Positions 19,735-28,946 of a stretch of 64,000 bases of DNA are shown here, piece by piece. The notes beneath the pieces are model-generated. The model had not been told where the DNA came from. It saw only the letters and a program-made list of their open reading frames with translations, and did no database searches. Made by a program: the position numbers and the translations under genes. How positions within the stretch are numbered: position 1 is the first letter of the stretch; every line of letters starts with the position of its first letter. The DNA is from Nitrososphaeria archaeon (GTDB taxonomy: Archaea; Thermoproteota; Nitrososphaeria; Nitrososphaerales; JAAOZN01), in NCBI GenBank assembly GCA_029775855.1, contig JARVJZ010000001.1:96001-160000 (forward strand). The letters run 5' to 3'.

Positions 19735-20799
19735 TTGATAATCCATAAGTTCAACCCTAAGAAGGGTTTCATAGTCTTAACGCCTGAAGATGAAGATGAT
19801 CTTTGGGCGTTAAGAAGAGTGATAGAGCAAGGTGATTTATTGACTACACATGCGACTCGCTCCATTAAGCAGCAGGGTGAGTTCGTTAGGCCAGATAAAG
19901 GTAAGCGTATACCTGTTCGTTTAACGCTTGAAGTTGAAAAAGCGAGTATAGACAGTAGCTTGGGTCGTCTTAGGGTCTTTGGGCGGATATTTGAGGCTTC
20001 AGATGAGTCGGTTAAGAAAGGTGCTCACCACTCTTTCATTATAACACCAGATAAGCAAATTGAGCTTCAGAAAAATGCTTTCAGCAATCTGCACCTAAAT
20101 ATACTTAAGGCTTCTTCCACCTCTGAACCGAGCTTCATCATAGTCGCATTAGATAGAAGAGAAGCGGCAGTAGCTAGAGTTAAGGGGTCCCATCTTACTA
20201 TTATTACTAACATCGAATCCCATGCTGCTGGTAAAGCATTTCCGGAAGCCGCTGCAACTCAAACTTACTACCAGAAGATTTTAGAGGCTTTAAGAAGCAG
20301 TGTTAGAGAATGCGAGAAGATCTACATCGTAGGCCCAGGGGCTACCAAAAACGCTCTAGCAAACGTGATAAAAGAAGCAGATAAGAAGATGGGCAGCAAG
20401 GTTCTTGTTTTGGAGGGTATAGATGTGGCTGGTGAAGATGGTGCACGGATGGCTCTAAAGTCCCCTACCCTTCAGACGCTCTTAAAGGATAGCAAGCTCA
20501 TTAAAGCATCGTCTCTTGTGAAGGAGATTCTGCTTCGAATCTCAAAGAACGACAATAGAGTCGCTATAGGTCTGGATGATGTGGTTAAAGCTAGTGAAGT
20601 AGGTGCTGTAGAGTGCCTTCTTATCTCAGATAAAGCATTTGAGGATGAGAGGAATGAGGAGAGGTTAGTTCACGTCTTAAATAAAGTTGAGTCAAGCAGA
20701 GGTCAGATCTACTTAATGGACTCTTCGACTGAAGTCGGTCTTCAAGTATCTGCTTTAGGAGGGGTTGCAGCGCTGCTCCGCTACGCCGTATCAAGCTAA
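19735..20799 (+). CDS. pelA: mRNA surveillance protein Pelota/Dom34
   Basis: PEDEDDLWALRRVI, RLRVFGRI, GAHHSF, GPGATK, LGGVAALLRY. Confidence 0.93.
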   Translation: MIIHKFNPKKGFIVLTPEDEDDLWALRRVIEQGDLLTTHATRSIKQQGEFVRPDKGKRIPVRLTLEVEKASIDSSLGRLRVFGRIFEASDESVKKGAHHSFIITPDKQIELQKNAFSNLHLNILKASSTSEPSFIIVALDRREAAVARVKGSHLTIITNIESHAAGKAFPEAAATQTYYQKILEALRSSVRECEKIYIVGPGATKNALANVIKEADKKMGSKVLVLEGIDVAGEDGARMALKSPTLQTLLKDSKLIKASSLVKEILLRISKNDNRVAIGLDDVVKASEVGAVECLLISDKAFEDERNEERLVHVLNKVESSRGQIYLMDSSTEVGLQVSALGGVAALLRYAVSS

Positions 20800-21108
20800 A
20801 ACTTCAAGCATCCACTTCAAGTAGCTTTCGCCGAGAGAATCCACTTTGATCTCAAGCAGCTCTGGAACCTTATAGCTGTGAGTTTTAAGAATCTCTTCCT
20901 TTAAATTATCTGCCTTTGACGACACGGTCTTGTAAATAACCAAGTATTCAAAACCATCCTCTACTTTACCCTCCCATGTATAGATTGATCTTACTCTAAA
21001 GAATGTTGAGCACGCTGCAAGTTTTCTCTCAACCATAGCCTTCGCAGCATATGCTGCCTCCTCCTCAGAGCCGTAAGTTGTTAAGATTATGCTTGCATCA
21101 CCCAACAT
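20791..21108 (-). CDS. cutA: Divalent-cation tolerance protein CutA
   Basis: KLAAC, SIYTWEGKVE, HSYKVPE and YLKW motifs. Confidence 0.93.
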   Translation of the reverse strand: MLGDASIILTTYGSEEEAAYAAKAMVERKLAACSTFFRVRSIYTWEGKVEDGFEYLVIYKTVSSKADNLKEEILKTHSYKVPELLEIKVDSLGESYLKWMLEVLA

Positions 21109-21156
21109 CAGCCACCAACTTTGTCATAATCAGCTACATCTCTTTATGGCTATCGA

Positions 21157-22398
21157 TTACTGAAACAAGAGATAAGGGAAAAATAACATAGAGAGGACTA
21201 AACCTAATACTATGAAGGTTACTCCCAGCGTAAGCCTCTTCACAAAAGCTTCACTGGCAACATTCCTAAGTGCGCCTTGTAGAAGTGCCCTAAAAGTCTG
21301 CCCGCCGTCAAGTGGATAGATGGGTAAGGCGTTAAAGATAGATAAGTTAAAGTTTACGAACCAGATCCAGAAGAACACGTTAGCCAACACAGGTAGAATA
21401 GGGCCTAGTGGTGATTTGTAGAAGCGTATCATAAGATCTGAAAAGGGTATAAGTTCTTGATTAGACGTTGAAAACGTGGGCCAAACCAGATAAATAAATG
21501 GGTTGAAGCTCCAAGCGTTTCTATAATTATCCAAAGCTTCTCTAAGAGCTACACCGCCCAACCCAAGATAACCTCGAGAGGAGTTATAGGGGTTTGCGGC
21601 AACAGAAACCTCAGCGCTATAGGAGCCCACCACAACACCAGCAGACAACCTTACAAACCCAAGTGTCACGACATCTCCAGGCTTAAGATTAGAAAACACA
21701 TTATAAGCATCAGCCATCTTCGTAATGTTAACATAGTTCACCGAGATAAGCACATCACCAGGCCGTATCCCAGCTGTATAAGCAGGGTACCCCTCAACAA
21801 CAGTAGACACGCCTATACCGTCAACGACTGGAGACGCGGAGCCGAGCATCATAAGCAAAATCAATAGACTAGCCAAAGCAACAACCATATTCGAGCCAGG
21901 ACCAGCGGCTAGAACCCTACCAGAATCCCTTGCTCTAGCCGCGCGTATCTCCTTATCATCAACTTCTACAAACGCGCCTATAGGTACAACTAGAAAGAAT
22001 AGTAAGCCTACAGATTTAACCGGGAATTTAAGACTCCTAGCTAACACGCCGTGAGCCCCCTCATGAACAACTAATCCAACTATAAGCGCAATCCAGCCGT
22101 ATACTATAGGAAGATAAGGGTTTAAACCGGGTATAAGGAGGTTCGCTAGCGGCGTAACAGAGCGTATAAACTCTCTTGCGAGTGCGTTTGATATTATGAG
22201 ATTTACTGAGCGTATCACGATATAGAGTCCCAGTATCGCTATAATAGGCATAAGAATCGTAAAGAGCCAACCCAGCCGATTAGTTAAAGAGTAGCTGCCT
22301 AGCTTATCAAGTAAACCAAGACCACGCCTACTCTTAACGATAATAAACGGTGGTTGAAACTCTAACATCCGAAACTTCTTCCTTTCCTCAGTAGACAA
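21157..22398 (-). CDS. Site-2 (M50) intramembrane protease with PDZ domain
   Basis: VHEGAHG, AGPGSN, PDZ (PAYTAGIRPGD), FNALPIYPLDGG. Confidence 0.93.
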   Translation of the reverse strand: MSTEERKKFRMLEFQPPFIIVKSRRGLGLLDKLGSYSLTNRLGWLFTILMPIIAILGLYIVIRSVNLIISNALAREFIRSVTPLANLLIPGLNPYLPIVYGWIALIVGLVVHEGAHGVLARSLKFPVKSVGLLFFLVVPIGAFVEVDDKEIRAARARDSGRVLAAGPGSNMVVALASLLILLMMLGSASPVVDGIGVSTVVEGYPAYTAGIRPGDVLISVNYVNITKMADAYNVFSNLKPGDVVTLGFVRLSAGVVVGSYSAEVSVAANPYNSSRGYLGLGGVALREALDNYRNAWSFNPFIYLVWPTFSTSNQELIPFSDLMIRFYKSPLGPILPVLANVFFWIWFVNFNLSIFNALPIYPLDGGQTFRALLQGALRNVASEAFVKRLTLGVTFIVLGLVLSMLFFPYLLFQ

Positions 22399-22458
22399 CG
22401 CGTCTTCTAAACCATGGTTAAAAGTTCACCTATATAATCTAGTAAGCCTAACTATCCA

Positions 22459-23406
22459 TTGATAGCTATGCAGAGATGCCTAAGATGCGGTGGAGAACCT
22501 TTCTATTACAGAAAGTACTCTGGTGAAATGCTTTGCAGAGGGTGCTTCGTAGATTCCATCCTAGAAAAGACTAGGAGAACGATATCAAAGTATAAGATGC
22601 TTAAGTACGGTGATAAAATCGGTGTAGCAGTTTCAGGTGGAAAAGACAGTCTATCTCTACTACATATATTAGCAAACATAACAAAAGGGCATGCCTCAGA
22701 GATCGTTGCGCTTATCGTTGATGAGGGCATAGAAGGATATAGGGAAGAAGCGGTAAAGCACGCCGTAGATGAAGCGAAACAACTAGGAGTAAAATATCAT
22801 ATACTTAGCTTCAAAGAAGCATACCACATAACACTAGATGAAGCCATCAAACAAAGACAAGACAGTGATCTAGCATCCTGCACAATTTGCGGTACTCTAC
22901 GTCGAAGAGCTTTAGACCTACTCGCTAAAGATGCCGGAGTAGATGTTTTAGCAACAGCCCACAACTTAGATGATGTACTCCAAACCTTCATCATGAATCT
23001 ACTTTCAGGCAGCACGGAGCGGATTGTAAGAAGCAAGCTCTCTGAAGATTCTCCACCCATCTTTCTAGTGAGGCGTATAAAGCCTCTAATGGAGATACCT
23101 GAAGATGAAGTAGCACTCTTCGCTTACCTTAGAGGAATACCTTTTCAAAGGGCAACTTGCCCCTATATGAATGAATCCATAAGGTCAGAAGTTAGATCTA
23201 TACTCAATGAGATGGAGTTAAAGCATCCGGGAATAAAGTTTAACCTACTTAGATCATACCTTACAATATCATCAAACTTAAAAACAGAAGCAAAGAATTC
23301 AATCTGTAGCATCTGTAGTGCACCATCCTCAAATAAAGTCTGCGCTGTCTGTACAATTCTAACTCGGATCAAACACGAAGAGTCAGCAAACAAAATAGCC
23401 AAATAA
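22459..23406 (+). CDS. ncsA: tRNA 2-thiolation protein (TIGR00269; Ncs6/NcsA/TtuA family)
   Basis: N- and C-terminal Zn fingers, PP-loop SGGKDS, CTICGTLRR, TAHNLDD, CPY. Confidence 0.9.
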   Translation: MIAMQRCLRCGGEPFYYRKYSGEMLCRGCFVDSILEKTRRTISKYKMLKYGDKIGVAVSGGKDSLSLLHILANITKGHASEIVALIVDEGIEGYREEAVKHAVDEAKQLGVKYHILSFKEAYHITLDEAIKQRQDSDLASCTICGTLRRRALDLLAKDAGVDVLATAHNLDDVLQTFIMNLLSGSTERIVRSKLSEDSPPIFLVRRIKPLMEIPEDEVALFAYLRGIPFQRATCPYMNESIRSEVRSILNEMELKHPGIKFNLLRSYLTISSNLKTEAKNSICSICSAPSSNKVCAVCTILTRIKHEESANKIAK

Positions 23407-23427
23407 TACCCACAAGTAAATCCTATT

Positions 23428-23744
23428 GGTGGCGGGGAGGGCTGGGAGGCTAGCCGTCTCCCGAACCTGAAAACGGCTATACGCAGGGGCCAGCAACCAT
23501 CAGGTAAAACACCATAACCGAAGCACCCGCCAACTAGATGGGAATGAAGCCGCGCTGCGGTGGGTAGCAGCAAGGAGCAACCCTCTCGAAGGAGAGGTGT
23601 TGACTCTCAACCGCCGAACCGGGTCAGGTCCGGGAGGGAGCAGCCCTAAGGCGGGGCTGTCTACGCTGCTGCATCTACGTGGTAGACTTCATCTGGTTGG
23701 AGATGGGGTTTGGCTGTGGTGTGAATTCTGGTGGAGCCGCCACC
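23428..23744 (+). ncRNA. ffs: Archaeal signal recognition particle (7S SRP) RNA
   Basis: Terminal helix GGTGGCGG/CCGCCACC; helix 6 CTCTC-GAAG-GAGAG; helix 8 GGTCAGGTCC-GGGA-GGGAGCAGCC; ~317 nt, GC-rich. Confidence 0.93.
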
Positions 23745-23783
23745 GTTCTCCTGAATTCAGTTATCCAAAAATCTTTTCCCAAC

Positions 23784-23969
23784 TCACTCCGACCAGTATA
23801 TGAGGGCTAGCCCTATTATGAGTAGTATGATTCCTCGCCCTACCGTGTCCCAGCCTAAGTTAAAAGGCTCGAATCTCCAGTATCCAGTTATGTAAGCGTT
23901 GCCAAGATGTATGCCAGCAAATAGGCATACCAAGCCTCCAACATACTTTGTATACTTTCTCCACTTCAA
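23784..23969 (-). CDS. Small two-TM membrane protein
   Basis: Two hydrophobic helices; starts 3 nt after the aRF1 stop. Confidence 0.65.
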   Translation of the reverse strand: MKWRKYTKYVGGLVCLFAGIHLGNAYITGYWRFEPFNLGWDTVGRGIILLIIGLALIYWSE

Positions 23970-23972
23970 ATA

Positions 23973-25217
23973 TTACACCTTATAGCGTAGAAGAGCTGCA
24001 ACGCCACCAAAGCTCTTTAACATAGCCCCTTCTTCACTTCTAGACGAGATCACCTCAACGTTAGCGCTTGATATGTTAGCTTGGTCTTCTAGGTATTCTA
24101 TAAAATCCATCTCTGAGACCTCGTATTCTAAGGAGCCGCAGTTATCACAAGGTGTGCTTAGAAGCCTCTGCTTTTCTTGAATATAGTTTACTCTAGGCAC
24201 GTTGACTTCACGCGTAAAACCGCATTTACTGCAGACCGCCTTCATATGCAGCCATTCAAGGTCTTCAGAGACCAAAACAGTTTCTGCGCTGCCCTTTTGG
24301 AGCGCGTCTAAAACATCCTTAACACTGTAGGCTGCTAGACCATTTGACGTGTTGACTTCTCTAAGAAATCTGTTTACTAGCTTTTTCTCTTCAATCAATC
24401 TAACATCTTGTAGAACATCGGCGGCTTTATCAACAAGTTCTCTTAATCCTTCACGCCCAGCATAAGATGTATCGAATACAGCCAAAACGATCCTACGCAA
24501 CCTATAATCAAGAAATTCACCTTTTAAGAATGTATCCTTTGTCCCACCGGGTCCACCAACTATAAGCCCCTGAACGGTTTTCTCTTCAAGTAAAGCCTTG
24601 TTTACATGTCTAGCTACTCTATGGTAGTACTCTGTAAGTTCCATCTCTCTCAGCCTCTCAAATCTTCGTGCAGATTGCCCTCCTGCTCTATGCTTGCCGC
24701 TTACACCAGAAGTTATTTCGTCAACTACCTCAAACCTAGAGCCTGCAATTATCCCTACAGCTGCTTCTGTAGCATCTATAGAGAGTAGCCCTATGGTCTT
24801 CTCCTCCTTTAGCATATCCTTTAATATGTCGAGGTGGAAGTGGTCGTCACATCGATATAGGTAAGTCTGAACTGGTTTAGGGGGAAAGACTTCATATAGA
24901 AAGATTGTTTCACTTCCAGGACCATTAGTAGGTAAAGCGCCGCAGAAGATAACTAAACCATTTTCAGGTGTTGCTTTATATAGCTTAAGCCGCTGCATAG
25001 TTTTAACAAGAGCATCCATCACATGATTTCTTGTTGAGTCTGATTTGATGTTTGATGCTGTTCCATATTCATCCCTCAAAGCGGCTATAACTTCGTGCAG
25101 AGCCTTCTTCGGCGGAATATACAAGGAAATAAGCTCAGTCCCCCGCCCCTTCTTTTCAGAGAGTTCGCTCAAAAGGCGCTTCACCTTGTATAATGCGACA
25201 GAGCTAGAAGTAGGCAC
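23973..25217 (-). CDS. prf1: Peptide chain release factor aRF1
   Basis: GTELISLYIP, ASNIKS, YLYRCD and GGQSARRF motifs. Confidence 0.97.
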   Translation of the reverse strand: MPTSSSVALYKVKRLLSELSEKKGRGTELISLYIPPKKALHEVIAALRDEYGTASNIKSDSTRNHVMDALVKTMQRLKLYKATPENGLVIFCGALPTNGPGSETIFLYEVFPPKPVQTYLYRCDDHFHLDILKDMLKEEKTIGLLSIDATEAAVGIIAGSRFEVVDEITSGVSGKHRAGGQSARRFERLREMELTEYYHRVARHVNKALLEEKTVQGLIVGGPGGTKDTFLKGEFLDYRLRRIVLAVFDTSYAGREGLRELVDKAADVLQDVRLIEEKKLVNRFLREVNTSNGLAAYSVKDVLDALQKGSAETVLVSEDLEWLHMKAVCSKCGFTREVNVPRVNYIQEKQRLLSTPCDNCGSLEYEVSEMDFIEYLEDQANISSANVEVISSRSEEGAMLKSFGGVAALLRYKV

Positions 25218-25362
25218 AACGCTTCACCTTAAATCATTAAATCGAGTTTACCAGCAGCCAATCTAAATCTTCTTCAAAAAGCTTCTTAGCAACACCTTAT
25301 AAACTTACGGATTAAACAAGTTTAAGAACCAGTGTCTACAAATAGGTATCTAGTAGTCGGCG

Positions 25363-25917
25363 ATGCTCCCCGATCTTGAAGAGATCCGTAACATCAGATT
25401 AAGGCTTGGTTTAACTCAGAGGAAGCTAGCATCTTTAGTTGGGGTAAGCACTTCGCTAATAAATCAGATTGAGTCAGGCAGAAGTAAACCGAGCTACGAG
25501 ACCGCTAGGAAGATTTTCCAAGTACTAAATGGGCTTGAAGCTAAGACCTCTCCTAAGGTTGGTGATATATGTAGCAGAAGCGTGATATCAGTCTCAGGTA
25601 AAGATACTGCCGCTTATGCCGTTGAGGTGATGAGGAAGCACGGTTTTAGTCAGCTTCCTGTCTTTGACGGCGAGAAGGTGATTGGGCTTATCACGGAAGA
25701 GGGGATTATGAGGAAGATGATGAGCGGGGATCCCGATAGAGTGGGCAAGTCTTTGGTTTTTCAGATAGCCGATGCTCCGCCACCTATAGTTGATACCTCA
25801 ACACCAGCTAAGGCGATTATTCCTCTCGTAAAGTATTGTAAGGCGGTCTTGGTCGCAGAGAAGGGTAAGATCATTGGTATAATAACCGCTGCTGATCTGC
25901 TTAAAATGGTTGAGTAA
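25363..25917 (+). CDS. XRE-HTH + CBS-pair transcriptional regulator
   Basis: GLTQRKLASLVGVSTSLINQIESG; HGFSQLPV; IIGIITAADLL. Confidence 0.9.
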   Translation: MLPDLEEIRNIRLRLGLTQRKLASLVGVSTSLINQIESGRSKPSYETARKIFQVLNGLEAKTSPKVGDICSRSVISVSGKDTAAYAVEVMRKHGFSQLPVFDGEKVIGLITEEGIMRKMMSGDPDRVGKSLVFQIADAPPPIVDTSTPAKAIIPLVKYCKAVLVAEKGKIIGIITAADLLKMVE

Positions 25918-25924
25918 GCTCTTT

Positions 25925-27166
25925 CTACTCCTTTCTTAAGGCTACTACAGGGTCTAAGCTAGCAGCCCTCCAAGCCGGGTAAACTCCAGCTATCAAGCTT
26001 AAAATTACGCTGAAGAGCAAAACTGTAAGCAGCATATCTGGTGTGAAGATGGGCTGTATATTGAATGTTTGAATGCTCTGTGTGTTAAATTCATTAAAGG
26101 TTTCGTTGTTTCCACTAAGTAAACCTATAAGGAGATAGGCTGCTCCTATTCCACCTATGTTGCCTACAATTCCCCCTATCACACCTATTAACAACGCTTC
26201 CCCTAAAAATAGCTGTATGATTGATAGTTTCGGGAACCCTATGGCTTTAAGAAGCCCTATCTCACGTGTTCTTTCTAGGACTGATGTGTAAAGCGCTGCA
26301 AAGATTCCTACAGCTGCAACGATGAGTGATACGCTTGCTATGCTTCCTAGGAAGGTGTTTATAGTTCCGGTTATGTTTTGAATCGTTCTGATTATTGATC
26401 TAGAGGAAAAGATTTCCGCGCCACCTCCAAAGATCTCCTTTAATTCATTGGTCACCGCGTCTACGATATCAGCGTTTTCAGTTACAACATAGAGTCCATC
26501 ATATCTTCCGCCCCTACCTAAGAAGGCGTTGGCTGTTTGCGTGGATGTGAAGACCATGCGATCTACGGGTATGAACATTCCTTGGCTACCCATATAGTCG
26601 AGCACGCCGTCAACGAGCAGATTTCTTGTTTCTATTATGCGTCTACCTTCAACTACACTACTTATTTCGAGAACAATTACTTGCCCTACATCTATAAAAT
26701 TCTCTTCACCCGGGGGGTTGCTGATGAGGTTGCCTACAAGAACCGTTGGTTCATTCTGAGAACCAAAGCGCCCCTCCTTTAACCTTAAAGTTGGAAAGAT
26801 TGTCGTGAGTCTACTTCGATCTATCCCAACCAAAGTAGCTGTTATAGACTTCCCAGAAGATTTAACTGTAAGCACCTGTTGTATGAAAGGTTCACTTAAA
26901 ACTACGCCAGGTATGCGCTCTACTAACGCTGCGGTTTGGTCTGTAATCTTAGCTGCAGACCCGCTTCTAAGTCCTCCGGGTATAACTATTATTACGTTGG
27001 CTCCGAGTGTGCTGAATTCTTTTATTAGATAGTCGTTCAGTCCAGCAGACATGCCGTTTAATCCTGTTAGTAGGGCTGTGCCTACAACTACCATGATTAT
27101 GGTGATGGTGGCTCTAAGTTTTCTTTCTATTAGTGCTTGATAGGAGAGTTTTAGTAGTTTGAGCAA
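25925..27166 (-). CDS. ABC transporter permease (MacB/FtsX family)
   Basis: SVLERTREIGLLKAIG; YPAWRAASLDPVVALR. Confidence 0.92.
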   Translation of the reverse strand: MLKLLKLSYQALIERKLRATITIIMVVVGTALLTGLNGMSAGLNDYLIKEFSTLGANVIIVIPGGLRSGSAAKITDQTAALVERIPGVVLSEPFIQQVLTVKSSGKSITATLVGIDRSRLTTIFPTLRLKEGRFGSQNEPTVLVGNLISNPPGEENFIDVGQVIVLEISSVVEGRRIIETRNLLVDGVLDYMGSQGMFIPVDRMVFTSTQTANAFLGRGGRYDGLYVVTENADIVDAVTNELKEIFGGGAEIFSSRSIIRTIQNITGTINTFLGSIASVSLIVAAVGIFAALYTSVLERTREIGLLKAIGFPKLSIIQLFLGEALLIGVIGGIVGNIGGIGAAYLLIGLLSGNNETFNEFNTQSIQTFNIQPIFTPDMLLTVLLFSVILSLIAGVYPAWRAASLDPVVALRKE

Positions 27167-27177
27167 CGTTGCATCAA

Positions 27178-27903
27178 CTAGTATATTGTCTTCTCTAGGC
27201 TTATGTCTTTCTCTACAGTGCCGTCTCTGAGTCTTATTATTCGATGGGTTTGGTTGGCTACTTCCATGTTGTGTGTGACTATGATGAAGGTTGTGTTAAA
27301 TTTCTTATTCAAGTCTTGTACCAATTTGACGATTTCTTGTGTGGTTTTGCTGTCAAGATTACCTGTTATTTCGTCACCTAAGATTATAGAAGGGTTTGTG
27401 ACTAGGGCTCTTGCAATAGCAACTCTTTGCTGCTCTCCTCCACTGAGTTCATTAGGCTTTCTATTTATCTTGCTGCCTAGCCCTACTGCTGTTAGTAAGT
27501 TGATTGCCCTTCTCCTTCTTTCATCTGGGTCAATTTTTCTTATGAGTAAAGGTAGCTGCACGTTATCGATTGCTGTTAGACGTGGTATTAGGTTGAATGC
27601 TTGGAAGACAAACCCTATCTTTCTGTTGCGGAGTTCTGCCAAATCCTTGTCGCTGAGTCTATAGATGTCTACTCCATCGATGTAGACCTTTCCTGAAGTA
27701 GGTCTGTCTAAGGCTCCTAAGAGGTTCAACAGCGTGGATTTACCGCTACCTGAGGGTCCGACAACAGAAACGAGTTCTCCTCGCTTTATGGTTAACGAGA
27801 CTCCCTTTAATGCCGAGTAAATCTCTTTCCCGGTCACATAGTCTTTTCTAAGATTAATGGTCTTTAGCACCACTCCGTCTTCGCCCGTCTTTTTTGCCAG
27901 CAA
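27178..27903 (-). CDS. ABC transporter ATP-binding protein (LolD/MacB family)
   Basis: GPSGSGKST, LSGGEQQRVAIARAL, DEITGNLD. Confidence 0.95.
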   Translation of the reverse strand: MLAKKTGEDGVVLKTINLRKDYVTGKEIYSALKGVSLTIKRGELVSVVGPSGSGKSTLLNLLGALDRPTSGKVYIDGVDIYRLSDKDLAELRNRKIGFVFQAFNLIPRLTAIDNVQLPLLIRKIDPDERRRRAINLLTAVGLGSKINRKPNELSGGEQQRVAIARALVTNPSIILGDEITGNLDSKTTQEIVKLVQDLNKKFNTTFIIVTHNMEVANQTHRIIRLRDGTVEKDISLEKTIY

Positions 27904-28017
27904 CCCATTAAAGATTTAGATATTAAGGATATTTTAAAGTATACTAAGACCGTTAAGAATATAATCTATTACCTGCATCTCTCATCAAGATGGGTCCTGA
28001 AGAGCAAAGGAAATGTC

Positions 28018-28677
28018 GTGCTCAAACTCACAGGAAGCCTCTTTGATAGAGACGCTGAGGATATTAGAGCTGTATCTAAAGTGCTTACAGATGTTCTTAA
28101 AGAGTTATGTGGGTTAACAGTAGTTACAGGAGGAGGTAAAGCGGCTAGGCACTACATAGATATTGCTACGAGGTTGGGTGCAGACCAATCTACCCTAGAC
28201 GAAATCGGAACAGAAGCTTCAAGAATAAACGCTAAACTCCTAATAATCACATTAGGCTCCTTAGCCTATCCTTATCCGCCAGACACCCTAGAGGAAGCGG
28301 TTAAAGCTGTATCTACGGGTAAAGTGGTTGTAGCTGGAGGATTCCAGCCTGGGCAGAGCACTAATGCTGTAGCCTCGCTTTTGGCTGAGCGTCTCTCAGC
28401 ATCCCTCTTCATAAATGCTACTGATGTTGAGGGTGTGTATGATAAAGACCCTAAGAGGTTTAGAGATGCTAAGCTTCTTAAAAAGGTCTCCGTTGCTGAG
28501 TTAAGGCGCATATTAGAAGGCAGCTCAACTTATGCCGGAACATATGAGTTGATGGATCCTCTGGCTCTTAAGATTATAGAGCGCTCTAAAATACCTACCC
28601 GCATCATCAAGTGCAGCCCCGAGTGTATAAGAGGTGCTTTAGTAGGTAGAGATATAGGCACGTTAATAGTAGGTTAA
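28018..28677 (+). CDS. pyrH: UMP kinase (true start probably upstream, see findings)
   Basis: LKLTGS, VTGGG, PGQSTNAVA, ATDVEGVYDKDP, AGTYELMD. Confidence 0.93.
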   Translation: MLKLTGSLFDRDAEDIRAVSKVLTDVLKELCGLTVVTGGGKAARHYIDIATRLGADQSTLDEIGTEASRINAKLLIITLGSLAYPYPPDTLEEAVKAVSTGKVVVAGGFQPGQSTNAVASLLAERLSASLFINATDVEGVYDKDPKRFRDAKLLKKVSVAELRRILEGSSTYAGTYELMDPLALKIIERSKIPTRIIKCSPECIRGALVGRDIGTLIVG

Positions 28678-28682
28678 GTGGT

Positions 28683-28898
28683 ATGTCACAGCAAAAGACG
28701 TTGATACCCCCTCATACACATTGTAAGGTATGTGGTAAAGCTATACCAGTTGGAAAGAGCTACTGCTCTAATGAGTGTAGGGAGAGCGAGGTTAAGAGTC
28801 AGCAGAGAGCAAAGAGGCTCTCAAGAATATATACGCTCTTCTTCATAGCCTTAATGATAATAATCATCCTAATGACAGCTTTAACACCACGGGGGTAA
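28683..28898 (+). CDS. DUF2116-like Zn-ribbon membrane protein
   Basis: HTHCKVCGKAIP...YCSNEC plus a C-terminal TM helix. Confidence 0.85.
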   Translation: MSQQKTLIPPHTHCKVCGKAIPVGKSYCSNECRESEVKSQQRAKRLSRIYTLFFIALMIIIILMTALTPRG

Positions 28899-28904
28899 AA
28901 GCAG

Positions 28905-28912
28905 TTTAAATT
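28905..28912 (+). promoter_or_regulatory. Putative TATA box of the tRNA-Leu gene
   Basis: TTTAAATT preceded by a purine-rich BRE-like AAAAGCAG, 32-42 nt upstream of the candidate tRNA 5' ends. Confidence 0.55.
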
Positions 28913-28946
28913 AGAGCAGAGCAATAGGGGGTATAGGCGGGGGCGC

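Noticed and set aside
23163-23803. ORFs 23163-23573(-) and 23597-23803(+)
   Set aside because: Spurious frames over the GC-rich SRP RNA and the end of ncsA.
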